Position numbers and translations under genes: made by a program. From the human T2T-CHM13v2.0 reference genome, Homo sapiens, in the NCBI RefSeq assembly GCF_009914755.1, contig NC_060927.1: DNA of 64,000 nt; one strand, 5' to 3'. How positions within the stretch are numbered: position 1 is the first letter of the stretch; the number at the start of each line of letters is the position of its first letter. The notes beneath the pieces were generated by a model. That model worked only from the letters and a program-made list of their open reading frames with translations, was not told the origin of the DNA and did not search any database. Positions 1 to 14,566 of the stretch are shown piece after piece.

Positions 1-129
1 CCCTCCCCCAGCCTCCCTGCTGCCTTGCAGTTTGATCTCAGCCTGCTATGCTAGCAATCAGCGAGACTCCGTGGGTGTAGGACCCTCTGAGCCATGTGCG
101 GGATATAATCTCCTGGTGCACTGTTTTTT
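1..129 (-). mobile_element. L1PA 5'UTR of an older L1 (left piece; element continues off the window edge); carries the N-terminal part of ORF0 on the + strand
   Basis: Matches the antisense L1 5'UTR (GCTAGCAATCAGCGAGACTCCGTGGG..GGACCCTC..GGGATATAATCTC); + strand translates to PPPASLLPCSLISACYASNQRDSVGVGPSEP, the L1 ORF0 motif. Confidence 0.9.
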
Positions 130-2634
<2,505 letters not shown>

Positions 2635-2775
2635 TGAAAATGTTCGATCATTATTCACACTTTTTTCTTTCTCTTACTCTGTCTTCTCTCCTTTAGATTT
2701 TCTAGTTATGTGACATTTTCTTCTTGCTACTTTCCACTGGTCACTGAAGGCTCTGATTATTTTGTCTTCATTAAA

Positions 2776-5700
2776 CTTTTGTGAGATAATTTTAGATTTG
2801 CATCCAGTTGTAAGAAATAATATAGAGAGAGCCTATGTATGATTTACCCAATCCCCTTTAATGCTAACATCCTGCAAAATTATAATACAATATAACAAAC
2901 AGGATGTTGAAATTGGTGTAATCAAGATACAGAATATTTCATTCATTGCAATGGTCTCTCGTGTTGCCATTTAATAGCCACAGTCACTTTTCTCCATCCC
3001 TACTCCCTCCGTAACCCCGAAAGCTACTAATGTATTCCCCATTTATATAATTTTTGTCATTTCAAGAATCTTATATAAATAGAATCATGCAATATGTAAC
3101 CTACATGGACTGGATTTTTTTCATCCAGCATAATTCCCTGCAGATTTATTAGGTTTTTACATGTAACAATAGTTCATTTTTATGGCTGAGTAGTATTCCA
3201 TGATATAGATGTATCACAGTTTGTTTAAACGTTTTTCATTTGGACTGATATCAGTTGCAGCAGTTATGAATAAAGCTGCTTTTTTCTATGAAAAGTTTTT
3301 AATACTTTTACATTTAAGTTAGTGATCCATCTTTGGTTAATATTTTTGGTAAAGTATGAGATGTATTCTTGCTGATGCATTTGTTGAAAAGGTTATCCTT
3401 CTTTATTGAATTCCTTTTGCACCTTTCCCATTAATCAAGTGGGAATATTTCTGTGAATTCTCTTATGGGCTCTCCATTTTATTCCATTGATTGATGCATA
3501 TATCTCTTCACCAATATGACATAGACTTGATTAGTCTTGAAATCAAGTAAATGATCTTACCTTACTCATATTTATTATAACTGTTTTAGCTACTGTACTT
3601 TTTGCCTTTTCATATATTTTTTGGAAAAACTTGGTTATATACAAATAATGTTGCTTGGATTTTGATAAGAATTGTATTAATCCTGTATATCAATTTCAGG
3701 AAAATACTCATATTTTTATTACACTGAGTCTTCCAAGCCACAAATACAATATATCTCTCAATTTATCTATCTTTAATTTTGTTTATCAGTATTTTATAGA
3801 TTTTAGTATAGAAGATCTATAAATATCTTGTTAGATTTACATCTTTTCTCTTTTTGAGCTATGGTAAATATTATTGCCCTTTAATTTTACTGTCCATGTG
3901 TTTGTCACTAATATATAGAATATAACTGATTTTTTATGTTTATCTTTTATTCTGCTAACTTGTTGAACTCGTTTTTTAGTTTTGGAGTTTATAAATTCCT
4001 TAAGATTTCCTGACAATTATATGCAAATTGAAACCATTTCGTTGCTTTTCTGATCTGTTGTTATTTTATTTACTTTTCTTGCCTTTATACACTGGCTAGA
4101 ACTTCCAACCCTACATTGAATAGAGTCATGAGAGTAAACATTCTTGCCTTGCTGTCAGTCATAGAGGGAAAGAATCTGGTCTTTTACCATTGAATATACA
4201 GATGGTCCTTCATATCTGTGGCATTTTATCTGTGGATTTAATCAACAATGGAACAAAAATTTTTAAAGAAACTTAATCGTTGTGTCTGTGCTGAACATGT
4301 ATACAGAACTTTTTCTTGTCATTATTCCCTAAGAATACAGTATAACAATTATTTACATAGCATTTACACTGTACTAGGTATTATCAGTAATCCAGGGATG
4401 ATTTAAAGTATATGAAAAAATGTGCAGAGGCTATATGCAAACACTACATCATTTTATATAAAGGACTTGGGCATCCATGGATTTTTGTATTCATGAGGGG
4501 TCCTGGGACCAATCTCCCATGGATGTTGAGGTACAACTGTAATGTTAGCTTTAGGTTTCTTGAATATACTGTTTGTCAAGTTGAAGAAGTTTTCAATACT
4601 CTCATTTTTTCTGAGATTTTAAAAAAAGTATGAATGGGTGTTGAATTATGCCAAATGGTTTTTTCTGCATTGATTGATTATCATACGAATTGTCTTCTTT
4701 ATTCTATGATTATGGTGAATTAGATTGATTGATTTTTTAATATTGACCTGTTTTGCATGGTACAATAAATTCCATTTGATCATGTTGCATATTTTTTGTA
4801 CAAATATATATATATAGTATATACATATATAGTACATATATAGTATATATATGTATAAAAGTTTCATTCGTATTTTGTTAAGGATTTTTGCATCTTTATT
4901 CATGAGTGACATTGGTGTATTTTGATGATACACAAATCATCATAAGAATTTCTTTCTTCTTTCTTTCTTCTCTCTCTGTCTGTCCATCTGTCTGTCTGTC
5001 TGTCTTTTTTCTTTTCTTTCTTTCTCTCTTAATATCTTTGCCTGATTTCGGTATCAGGAAAATACTAGCTACACTGTTTTCTGGAAGAAATTGTAGAATT
5101 ATTGTTATTTGTTCTTTAAACATTTGGTAGAATTATTCGGTGAAACCATCTGGGTCTAGATATTTTTCTTTTGAGACTATTTAAATGATGAATTATTTGT
5201 TTCATAGTTACAGGGCTATACAAATTATCTATTTCTTATGAGTGAGTTGTGGTAGCTTGTGTTTTTTGAGGAATTAGCCCACTTTGTCTAAGTTGCCAAA
5301 TTTATGTGTATAATTATTTGTAGTAGTTCCTTATTATAGTTTTATTATCATCGGTGTCCGTAGTAATATCCTTGTTTTATTCCTGATATGGGTAATTTGT
5401 GTCTTCTCTTTTTTTTTCATTGTTAATCTTTTGTTGTCAATTTTATTGACAACATTGCAATAATGTTCTGTATTGCTTTTCTGTTTTCAATTTTATTGAT
5501 TTCTTGTATTATCTTTATTATTTTCTTTGTTTTGCTTTCTTTGGGTTGATTTTGCTCTTCTTATTTTAAATTCTTAAAGTAGAAGTTAAAATTATTGATT
5601 TAAGACTTTTCCTCTTTTTCAATGCAAACATTTAATGCTGTACATTTTCCTCTCATCACTGTTTTAGCTGTGAGTTCAAATTTTTGATATTGTATTTTTA

Positions 5701-6270
5701 TTTTTATTCAGCTAAGTGTATTTATTTTCCCTTGACACTTCCTCTTTGACTTATGAATTACATAGAAGTCTCCTGCTTAGTTATCATGTGTTTGGAGCTT
5801 TTCCTATTATCTCTCTGTTATTGATTTGTCATTTGATTCCATTGTGGTTTGATTTTAATTCCATTACATTTTTTAGGTTTGTTTTATGGTTCAAGATGTA
5901 GTCTATCTTGGTATATATTCTGTGAGCATTTGACAAGAATGTGTATTCTGCTATCACTGGGTAGAGTAGTTAATGTCAAGTAGATCCTACGGTCTTACGG
6001 TATTGAGTTCTTTGTTGATGCTAGTTTTGTGTCTAGTTCTATTTTTAATTGGTACAAGAGTGCTGTTGAAGTCCCCAACTATAATTGTGCATTAGTCTAT
6101 TTCTCCTCCATTTCTAACAGCTTTTGCCTCACATATTTCACTATTTTATTTTTTGGTGCACATACATTTAGGGTTGTTATCTCTCATTGGTTGATTGACT
6201 CCTTTATTATTATAAAATGTCCCTTCCTATTTCTGGTATCTTTTTTTTTTGCTCTAAGATCTAATTTATC
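2776..6270 (-). mobile_element. Old L1M (L1MC/MD-like), 3' end and degraded ORF2
   Basis: T-rich degenerate antisense L1 sequence; ORF remnants such as SLMNKDAKILNKI (4646-4933). Confidence 0.8.
4199..4539. mobile_element. MER2-like TcMar-Tigger MITE nested in L1M
   Basis: CAG..CTG termini with imperfect TIRs, TA duplication (4197-98, 4540-41), ~340 bp, typical core TTGTCATTATTCCCTAA..ACAGTATAACAA. Confidence 0.85.
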
Positions 6271-6634
6271 TGATATAGCCACAGATATAGCTGTGTCCCC
6301 ATCAAAATCTCTCATCTTGAATTCCCACATGTTGTAGGAGGGAGCTGGTGGGAGATAATTTAATCATGGGGGAAAGTCTTTCCCATGCTGTTCTCATAAT
6401 AGTGAATAAGTCTCACAAGATCTGATAGTTTTATAAGGGGGAGTTTCCCTGCACAAGCTCTCTCTTTGCCTGCTGCCATACATGTAACACGTGACTTGCT
6501 CCTCCTTGCCTTCTGCCATGATTGTGAGGCTTCCCCAGCCACATGGAACTGTAAGTCCATTAAACTCTTTTTCCTGTATAAATTGTTCAGTTTCAGGTAT
6601 GTCTTTATCAGCAGCCTGAAAATGGACTAATACA
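6271..6634 (+). mobile_element. THE1 (THE1B-like) MaLR 5' LTR
   Basis: TGATAT..GCTGTGTCCCCA..CTCATCTTGAATT start and ..GGACTAATACA end, ~360 bp. Confidence 0.88.
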
Positions 6635-7396
6635 GTAAATTGGTATGAGTAGTGGGATGCTGCTAAAAAGATACCCAAAAATGTGGAAGCCACTTTAAAA
6701 CTGGGTAACGGGCAGAGTTTGGAACAGTTTCGAGGGCTCAGAAGAAGACAGGAAAATGTGGGACAGTTTGGAACTTCCTAGAGACTTGTCGAATGGCTTT
6801 GACCAAAATGCTCATAACGATATGGACAATGAAATCCAGGCTGAAGTGGTCTCAGATGGAGATGAGGAACTTGTTGGGAACCAGAGCAAAGGTGACTCTT
6901 GTTACGTTTTATCAAAGAGACTGGTGGCATTTTGCCCCTGCCCTAGAGATTTATGGAACTTTGAACTTGAGAAAGATGATTTAGGGCATCTGGTGGAAGA
7001 AAATTCTAAGCAGCAAAGCATTCAAGAGGTGACTTGGGTGCAGTTAAAGGCATTCAGTTTTATAAGGGAAGCAGAGCATAAAAGTTTGAAAAATGTGCAG
7101 CCTGACAATGTGATAGAAAAGAAAATCCCATTTTCTGAAAAGAAATCCAAGCCGGCTGCAGAAATTTGCATAAGTAATGAGGAGCCAAATGTTAATCTCC
7201 AAGACAATGGGGAAAATGTCTTCAGGCCATGTCAGAGGTCTTCATGGCAGCCTCTCCTGTTACAGGCCTGGAAGCCTAGGAGGAAAAAGTGGTTTCATGG
7301 GGTGGGCCCAGGGTCCTCATGCTGTGTGCAGCCTAGGGACTTTGTGCCCTGCATCCCAGCTGCTCTAGTGATGGCTGAAAGGGGCCAAGGTAGAGC
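6635..7396 (+). mobile_element. THE1-int internal region, truncated, no 3' LTR
   Basis: Directly follows the LTR (GTAAATTGGTA..); ORF 6756-7436 (MWDSLELPRDL..) is the typical MaLR internal pseudo-ORF. Confidence 0.85.
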
Positions 7397-7699
7397 CTGT
7401 TTAACCTGTTTTGATTTGGAGAAGCACAGAAAATGAGGCACACAGAGATTCACATAAAGATGCCATGTATTTGAGGAGCAATCTGCCTGTGTGGCAATAG
7501 AGAAGGAGAGAGCTTTTAGACTATGAAGCCTGGAAGTTTACAATGGCCCCTTACCCTGACCAGAACTTCCTGAAAAAAAGTTAACAAAGGAAATAGTAAA
7601 TAAAGTAAATATATACTAGCAAATAAAGGCTGCTATTAAGTAAAGGCTAATATTGAAGAATCTGAAAAGCATCAGCAGAAATTTATTGTAAGAGAAGAG

Positions 7700-8900
7700 T
7701 ATAGAAGTGGGAAACAATATTTACCATCAAATAAAAAGTAATTGCCAATAGGAAAATGTTGCACAGAACACATTAAAGAAAACCCTTTGAAAAATTCAAA
7801 CTAAAGAGACTTTTTATAAAGATCATATATAAAAATAAACAACAAAAAGTGATAATTTTGAAAAAGAGCAATTAAGGGAAATTAGCTCTTTCAGATATTA
7901 AAATATTTTATAAAGCCTAATATTTAAATTTATGTGATATTAGGATATAAATAGTGAGAAAGAATAAAGGAATAAAATAGAAAGTATAAAAATTAATATG
8001 AATATATATATATACTTTAACATATGATAAAGATGACATCTCAGTTTTCTTGGGAACTTGGATAGCCACTTGGAAAAACTTAAGTTGAATCTCTACTTTA
8101 TATCCTAACAAGATACATCTAAAATGGATTATATTTTAATGTTAAAAAATAAATAAATCTTAAATGTACTAGAAGAAAAATTGAATACCTCCTATAAAAG
8201 CTAAAAGAAAAGACAGAGCATTTCTCAACAGCAAAATGTACCATAAGATAATGTCAACAGAACAAGTTAGGAATACATTTGCAATACAATTCATATCAAA
8301 AAGGGCTAATCCCTTTAATACAAAAAATCAGAGAAAAAGATAATGTAATCAATCAAACAAGATGCAAAAGACACCAAGAGGCATACAGTGGAAATAAAAA
8401 TAACTATTAGATGTATAAGTTCTATGTCACTCTAAATATATGACTTATAAGTTGGAGCTACCATGAAATATCTTTTTATTTATTAGATGTTTAAAACCAT
8501 AAAATTTTAATAACAGAATCTGTCAAAATGTGGGAACACACTCTTACTTTGCTAATGGAAAGGTCAATATGTACAATTACAAGCAAGAGAAATTCAAACT
8601 TTCAAACATCTAATTACAAACATGTATTTCCTCTGATGTTTGACCTAGCAATTTAATTTATATATATTTCCATGTATGTAAAATTACATCTAGACATATT
8701 TATTCTTTCAACCACTGTTTGTAATAGCAAAAGACTGGGAACAACCCAAATATCCATTAAAAGGTGAAGGTTTAAATAAATGATGATATATTCATACAAC
8801 AGAAGGTAATACAAATCTAAAAACAGACTAAAATAAAGTCTTCTTTATGCTCTAAAGTGAAAGGATCTCCATGATATATTATGTAAGGAAGCAAGGAGAA
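7700..8900 (+). mobile_element. Very old L1ME-like 3' ORF2 fragment
   Basis: A-rich degenerate L1 motifs (CTGTTTGTAATAGCAAAAGACTGGGAACAACCCAAATATCCA). Confidence 0.65.
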
Positions 8901-9924
8901 GGATTTAACAGTTTTTAAATCTCTGCTCTTAATGCTGCATATAAGGAGCTTGGAAGTCACCACTCCATCCAGTTTTCTAACAAGTAAAAAAACAGAACAG
9001 ACTGAAAAATAACAAATTTTCTAGGATTCATCAGAGAGGTGAGGATATAGAACAAACTGCTTCCCACAATATTGGAGAGATAATAAGATTAATACAGGGA
9101 GTCATGGGTTTACCACAGCAGAGACTTACAAGCAAAACTGCTGCAGGAACCAGTGCCAGGTATAAAAACCTGAACTATAATTGATAAATTGCTAGAGACT
9201 CAGAGAGGACAAATCTGAGACTTGTATATCCCAATGGAATCCTGCCAAGAAGAGGTGGGGTATGTGAGTTTAACCTGCAAGAGTATGACCAGGTTCTCAT
9301 AGTAAATACTGGAGGAAGACTTCCCTTGTGTTTCAAGTACAGGGAGAGGAAATACACCAGAGTACACTGCTCTTTGACAAGGCCTGCCCTCAGGAGAAGC
9401 TATTCAAACAGAGCCTTGTCTGCTGAGGTTTTGTAGCCTAACTGACATGTGGGAAGGGAAATACCCAAATCTAGCCATCCTATCTCATGGAAAAGGAAGG
9501 GGGGCTGAGAAATTGAGACTATTGGGAGGTTCATAGTCCAGAGACACAGTCCAGAGGCTCACTGAAACACTGAGATCTAATCATAAGACTACAGAATGGT
9601 TTCCTTCCCCCCATCCCTTAACAAGATATTACTAAAGGCCTATTTTCAGCAGTTCCATTTACATGGTAAATCATTTCTGACTATGAAGAAAAAATTACTA
9701 GGAAAAAAAAAAAAGAATTAGAAGAAATAGAGTAAGCATCAGGACCAGGTAAGGCAGGGATATTGAAATGATCAAACCTGAAATTTTAAACAACAATGAA
9801 AAATACGCTAAGGGCTCTAACAGATAAAGTAGACAGCATGCAAGAACAGATGGGCAAATGTAAGCATAGAGATGGAAATCCTAGGAAAGAAACAAAAAGA
9901 AATGCTACAGATCAAAAATACTGT

Positions 9925-11371
9925 TGAGAGGTGACAGTGTGCTGGCAGTCTTCACAGCCCTCGCTCGCTCTCGGGGCCTCCTCTGCCTGGGCTCCCACTT
10001 TGGCGGCACTTGAGGAGCCCTTCAGCCCACCACTGCACCATGGGAGCCCCTTTCTGGGCTGGCCAAGGCCAGAGCTGGCTCCCTCAGCTTGTGGGCAGGT
10101 GTGGAGGGAGAGGCGCGAGCGGGAACCGGGGCTGCGTGGGTGCTTAAGGGCCAGCGTGAGTTCCGGGTGGGTGTGGGCTCGGCGGACACCGTGCTCGGAG
10201 TGGCGGCCAGCCCCACCAGCCCCGGGCAGTGAGGGATTTAGCACCTGGGCCAGCAGCTGCTGTGCTCAATTTCTCGCTGGGCCTTAGCTGCCTTCCCGTG
10301 GGGCAGGGCTCTGGACCTGCAGCCACCATGCCTGAGCCTCCCCCCGCACCCCACCCCCCACCCTCCCTGGGCTCCTGTGCTGCCCGAGCCTCCCAAGGAG
10401 CGCAGCTGCCTGCTCCACAGTGCCCAGTCCTATCGACACCCAAGGGTTGAGGAGTGCGGGCGCACAGTGCGGGACTGGCAGGCAGCTCCACCTGCAGCCC
10501 TGGTGCTGGATCCACTGGGTGAAGCCAGCTGGGCTCCTGAGTCTGGTGGAGACGTGGAGAACCTTTATGTCTAGCTAAGGGATTGTAAATACACCAATCG
10601 GCACTCTGTATCTAGCTCAAGGTTTGTAAACACCAATCAGCACCCTGTGTCTAGCTCAGGGTTTGTGAATGCACCAATCGACACTCTGTATCTAGCTACT
10701 CTGTTGGGGCCTTGGAGAACCTTTATGTCTAGCTCAGGGATTGTAAATACACCAATTGGCACTCTGTATCTAGCTTAAGGTTAGTAAACACACCAATCAC
10801 CACCCTGTGTCTAGCTCAGGGTTTGTGAATGCACCAATCGACACTGTATCTAGCTACTCTGGTGGGGACTTGGAGAACCTTTGTGTCCACACTCCGTATC
10901 TAGCTAATCTGGTGGGGACGTGGAGAACTTTTGTGTCTAGCTCAGGGATTGTAAACGCACCAATCAGTGCCCTGTCAAAACAGACCACTAGGCTCTACCA
11001 ATCAGCAGGATGTGGGTGGGGCCAGATAAGAGAATAAAAGCAGGCTGCCCAAGCCAGCAGTGGCAACCCGCCCGGGTCCCCTTCCACAGTTTGGAAGCTT
11101 TGTTCTTTCGCTCTTTGCAGTAAATCTTGCTGCTGCTAACTCTTTGGGTCCACACTGCCTTTATGAGCCGTAACACCGCGAAGGTCTGCAGTTTCACTCC
11201 TGAGCCAGTGAGACCACAAACCGACCAGAAGGAAGAAACTCCGAACACATCCGAACGTCAGGAGGAACAAACTCCAGATGCACCACCTTAAGAGCTGTAA
11301 CACTCACCCCGAGGGTCCGTGGCTTCATTCTTGAAGTCAGTGAGACCAAGAACCCACCAATTCCAGACACA
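9925..11371 (+). mobile_element. Solo LTR12C-type (ERV9) LTR
   Basis: TGAGAGGTGACAG start, ..CCAATTCCAGACACA end, 4-bp TSD CTGT (9921-24, 11372-75), GC-rich U3, tandem CCAAT repeats. Confidence 0.95.
10590..11040 (+). promoter_or_regulatory. ERV9 LTR enhancer/promoter: 8 CCAAT (NF-Y) boxes and an AATAAA TATA-like box
   Basis: ~41-bp repeats (CACCAATC..CTCTGTATCTAGCT) give 8 CCAAT; GATAAG just before AATAAA 11033-11038; known LTR12 promoter layout. Confidence 0.75.
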
Positions 11372-11492
11372 CTGTGACAGAAGTGAAGAATTCCTTTGAT
11401 GAGCTTATTAGTAGACTGGACACAGCTGAGGAAAGAATCTCTGAGCCTGAGGCTATAACAATAAAAACCTTCAAAACAACAAGTAATGAAGA

Positions 11493-12668
11493 TGATACAA
11501 TAGCTAAAAAGAAATTATTTAGGCAGTGAGGGTAAGTGTATTAGTCAGAGTTCTCTAGAGGGACTGACTAATAGGAAATATATATATGTATATATATATA
11601 TGTATATATATGTGTATATATATGTGTGTATATATATGTGTGTGTATATATATGTGTATATATATATGTGTGTGTATATATATATGGGAGTTTATTAAGT
11701 GATATTAACTCACACCATCACCAGGTACCACAATAGGCCATCTGCAAGTTGAGGAGCAAGGAAGCCAGTCTGAGTCCCAAAGCTGCAGAACTTGGAGTCC
11801 GATGTTTGAGGGCAGAAGCATGCAGCACAGGAGAAAGATGTAGGCTGGGAGGCTAAACCAGTCTAGGCTTTTCACATTTTTCTACCTGCTTTACATTCTG
11901 GCTGCGCTGGCAGCAGATTACATGGTGCCCACCCAGATTAAGGGTGGGTCTGCCTTTCCTAGCCCACTGACTCAAATGTTAATCTCTTTGGCAACACCAA
12001 CACCCTCACAGACATACCCAGAATCAATACTTTGCATGCTTCAATCCAATCAAGTTGACACTCAGTATTAACCATCACAGTAAGAAAGTCCTCTGTAAGG
12101 CTTCCCTTTTAACAAAAAGCAGCCTCAAATCATTTTTGTTTCTAGCAAAATGCAGCCTGAAAAATCAAACTGCAGATGTAGAAAAGCAAGCTAGAAGCTT
12201 TCACGGGTAAATGCCAGCAGCTTTGACAATAGAAAAAGGCTACCTGGAGGCCAGGCATGTTCAACATGGGACTCCATCTTCCCTTTCCTTTGTCAACTGT
12301 GTGAACTGTAAGGAACAGATGTAATGGCACAGGCCAGGTAGAGAACTCATTTGCATGATAAAAAGATTAGGGTGGGGTAGCCAGCTTCTTCATGTGCTAT
12401 GTAAATGACACACCTGGTCCAACCAACCAATCTTTTGGGCCCCATGTAAATCAGGCACCGCCTTCTCAAGCTTGTCTATTAAAACCTGTGCATTTCATCA
12501 CAAAACTGGAGGACCCGCTTGGGAGCCCCTCTCTCTCTGCAGGAGAGAGAGCTATTCTCTTTCTTTTGCCTATTAAACTTCCACTGTTAAACTCACTTCT
12601 TGTCCTAGATTTCTCTGGCATGAGACAACGAACCTTAGGTATTTACCCCAGACAATGATGCTGCTTCA
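11493..12668 (+). mobile_element. ERV1 solo LTR (MER50-like), interrupted by MLT2A
   Basis: TGATACA..AAGAAATTATTTAGGCAG start, ..TTTACCCCAGACAATGATGCTGCTTCA end; family name from memory. Confidence 0.7.
11537..12079 (-). mobile_element. MLT2A (ERVL) solo LTR with internal (TA/TG)n microsatellite 11579-11685
   Basis: TGTATTAGTCAG..TTCTCTAGAGGGAC and ..GTATTAACCATCACA termini; perfect 5-bp TSD GTAAG (11532-36, 12080-84). Confidence 0.9.
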
Positions 12669-14201
12669 AGAACAACCAAAAAATAGAAAAAAAAAAAACA
12701 AAAAAAAACAGAACAGAATATTCAGGGAGTGTGTGACAACTATAAAAGGTGTAACATAAACAGAAACAGAACACTAGAAGGAGAAAAAAAGTGAAATAAA
12801 CAGGAGAAATATTTAAAACAATAATGCTTTAGAATTTTTCCCAAATTAATGTCAGACACCAAATCACAGATCCAGAAGGCTAAGGGAAAATGAAGCAGGA
12901 TAAGTGCTAAAATCAAATATTAAAAAAAATTCTGAAAGAAGTAAGAGGAAAAAAGCACCTTATTTTTAGAGGAACAAAGATAAGAATTATATCCAACTTC
13001 TCCTCTGAAACCAGGCAAGCAAGAGGAGAGTAGGGTAAAATTTTTAATGTCTTGAGTGGGAAAAAAAAATAATCTCGCCAACCTAGAATTCTGTACTCTG
13101 TGAAATTACACTACAAAAGTGAAGGAGAAATACAGATTTTCTCAGATAAACAAAAATTACAGTGGTTTATTGCTACTAGACCTGCTTTGCAAGAAAAGGA
13201 TAGGGAAGGAAAATAATATAGCTCAAAAACTTGGATCATGATAAAGAAAGAAATAACACTGGAAAAAATAACTAACAGTAAAATAAAAACATTTTTCTTC
13301 TTCTTAATCTAAAAGATAATAGTTTGTTCGAAATAATAGCAATAGTGTATTTGCTTATGTATTCTAATATATATATAGATTTTTATATGCTTATGTGTAA
13401 TTGGAATGAATAATAGCAATGATACAAAGAATGGAAAAGAAGTATCAAGATTATTTTGTTATTATAGGGTACTCATACTACCTGTGAAGCAGAATAGTGT
13501 TATTTGAAAGTGGACTTGGATTTGATGTATATTGCAAACTAGGGCAACCACTAAAAAGTGTAAAAAGAAAGAAGTATAACTGATGTGCTCAGAAAGAAGA
13601 GAAAATGGAATCGTAAAATGCTCAATGAAAACCACAAAAGGCAAAGAGCAGAAAACAAACATAGGAACAAAGAACAAACGCAGCAAAAGGAAACAGCAAC
13701 AAATATGGCAAATATTAATTCAAGTATACAAATAATCACTTTGAATATCCATAGTCTAACACAACTTAATACATTTACACTGTTGGATAGTAAAATAACA
13801 CATCTTATTAGAACATGTGGGATATAGCAAAAGCAGTGCTCAGGGAGATATTTACAGCATTGAATGCATATATTAGAAAAAAGGAAAGATCTAAACTCGA
13901 ACATCTAAGTTCCCACTTTAGAAAACTTGAAAAAGAAGAGCAAATTAAATCCAAAGTAAGCAGAAAAATAGAAATAAAAAAGTTAGAGGAGTCATTAATG
14001 AAATTCAAGACATAAAATCAATAGAAGAAAAAAATTTAACCAAAAGCTGGTTCTTGAAAAGATCAATAAAATCACTAAGCTCTAGTCAAGATAACTAAAA
14101 ACAAAGAGAGAAGACATCAATTACTATTATCAAAAAGGAATAGGGGATATCACTATATATTGCTTGAATATTAAAAGGATAACTAAAGAATACTATGAAC
14201 A

Positions 14202-14566
<365 letters not shown>

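Noticed and set aside
6756-7436. 226-aa ORF as a novel protein
   Set aside because: THE1-int sequence, truncated; common MaLR pseudo-ORF
10560-10980. ~41-bp repeat array resembling a CRISPR or novel array
   Set aside because: No unique spacers; these are the standard ERV9 LTR enhancer repeats in eukaryotic DNA
9912-11248. Cluster of GC-rich overlapping ORFs / CpG island
   Set aside because: All lie within LTR12C
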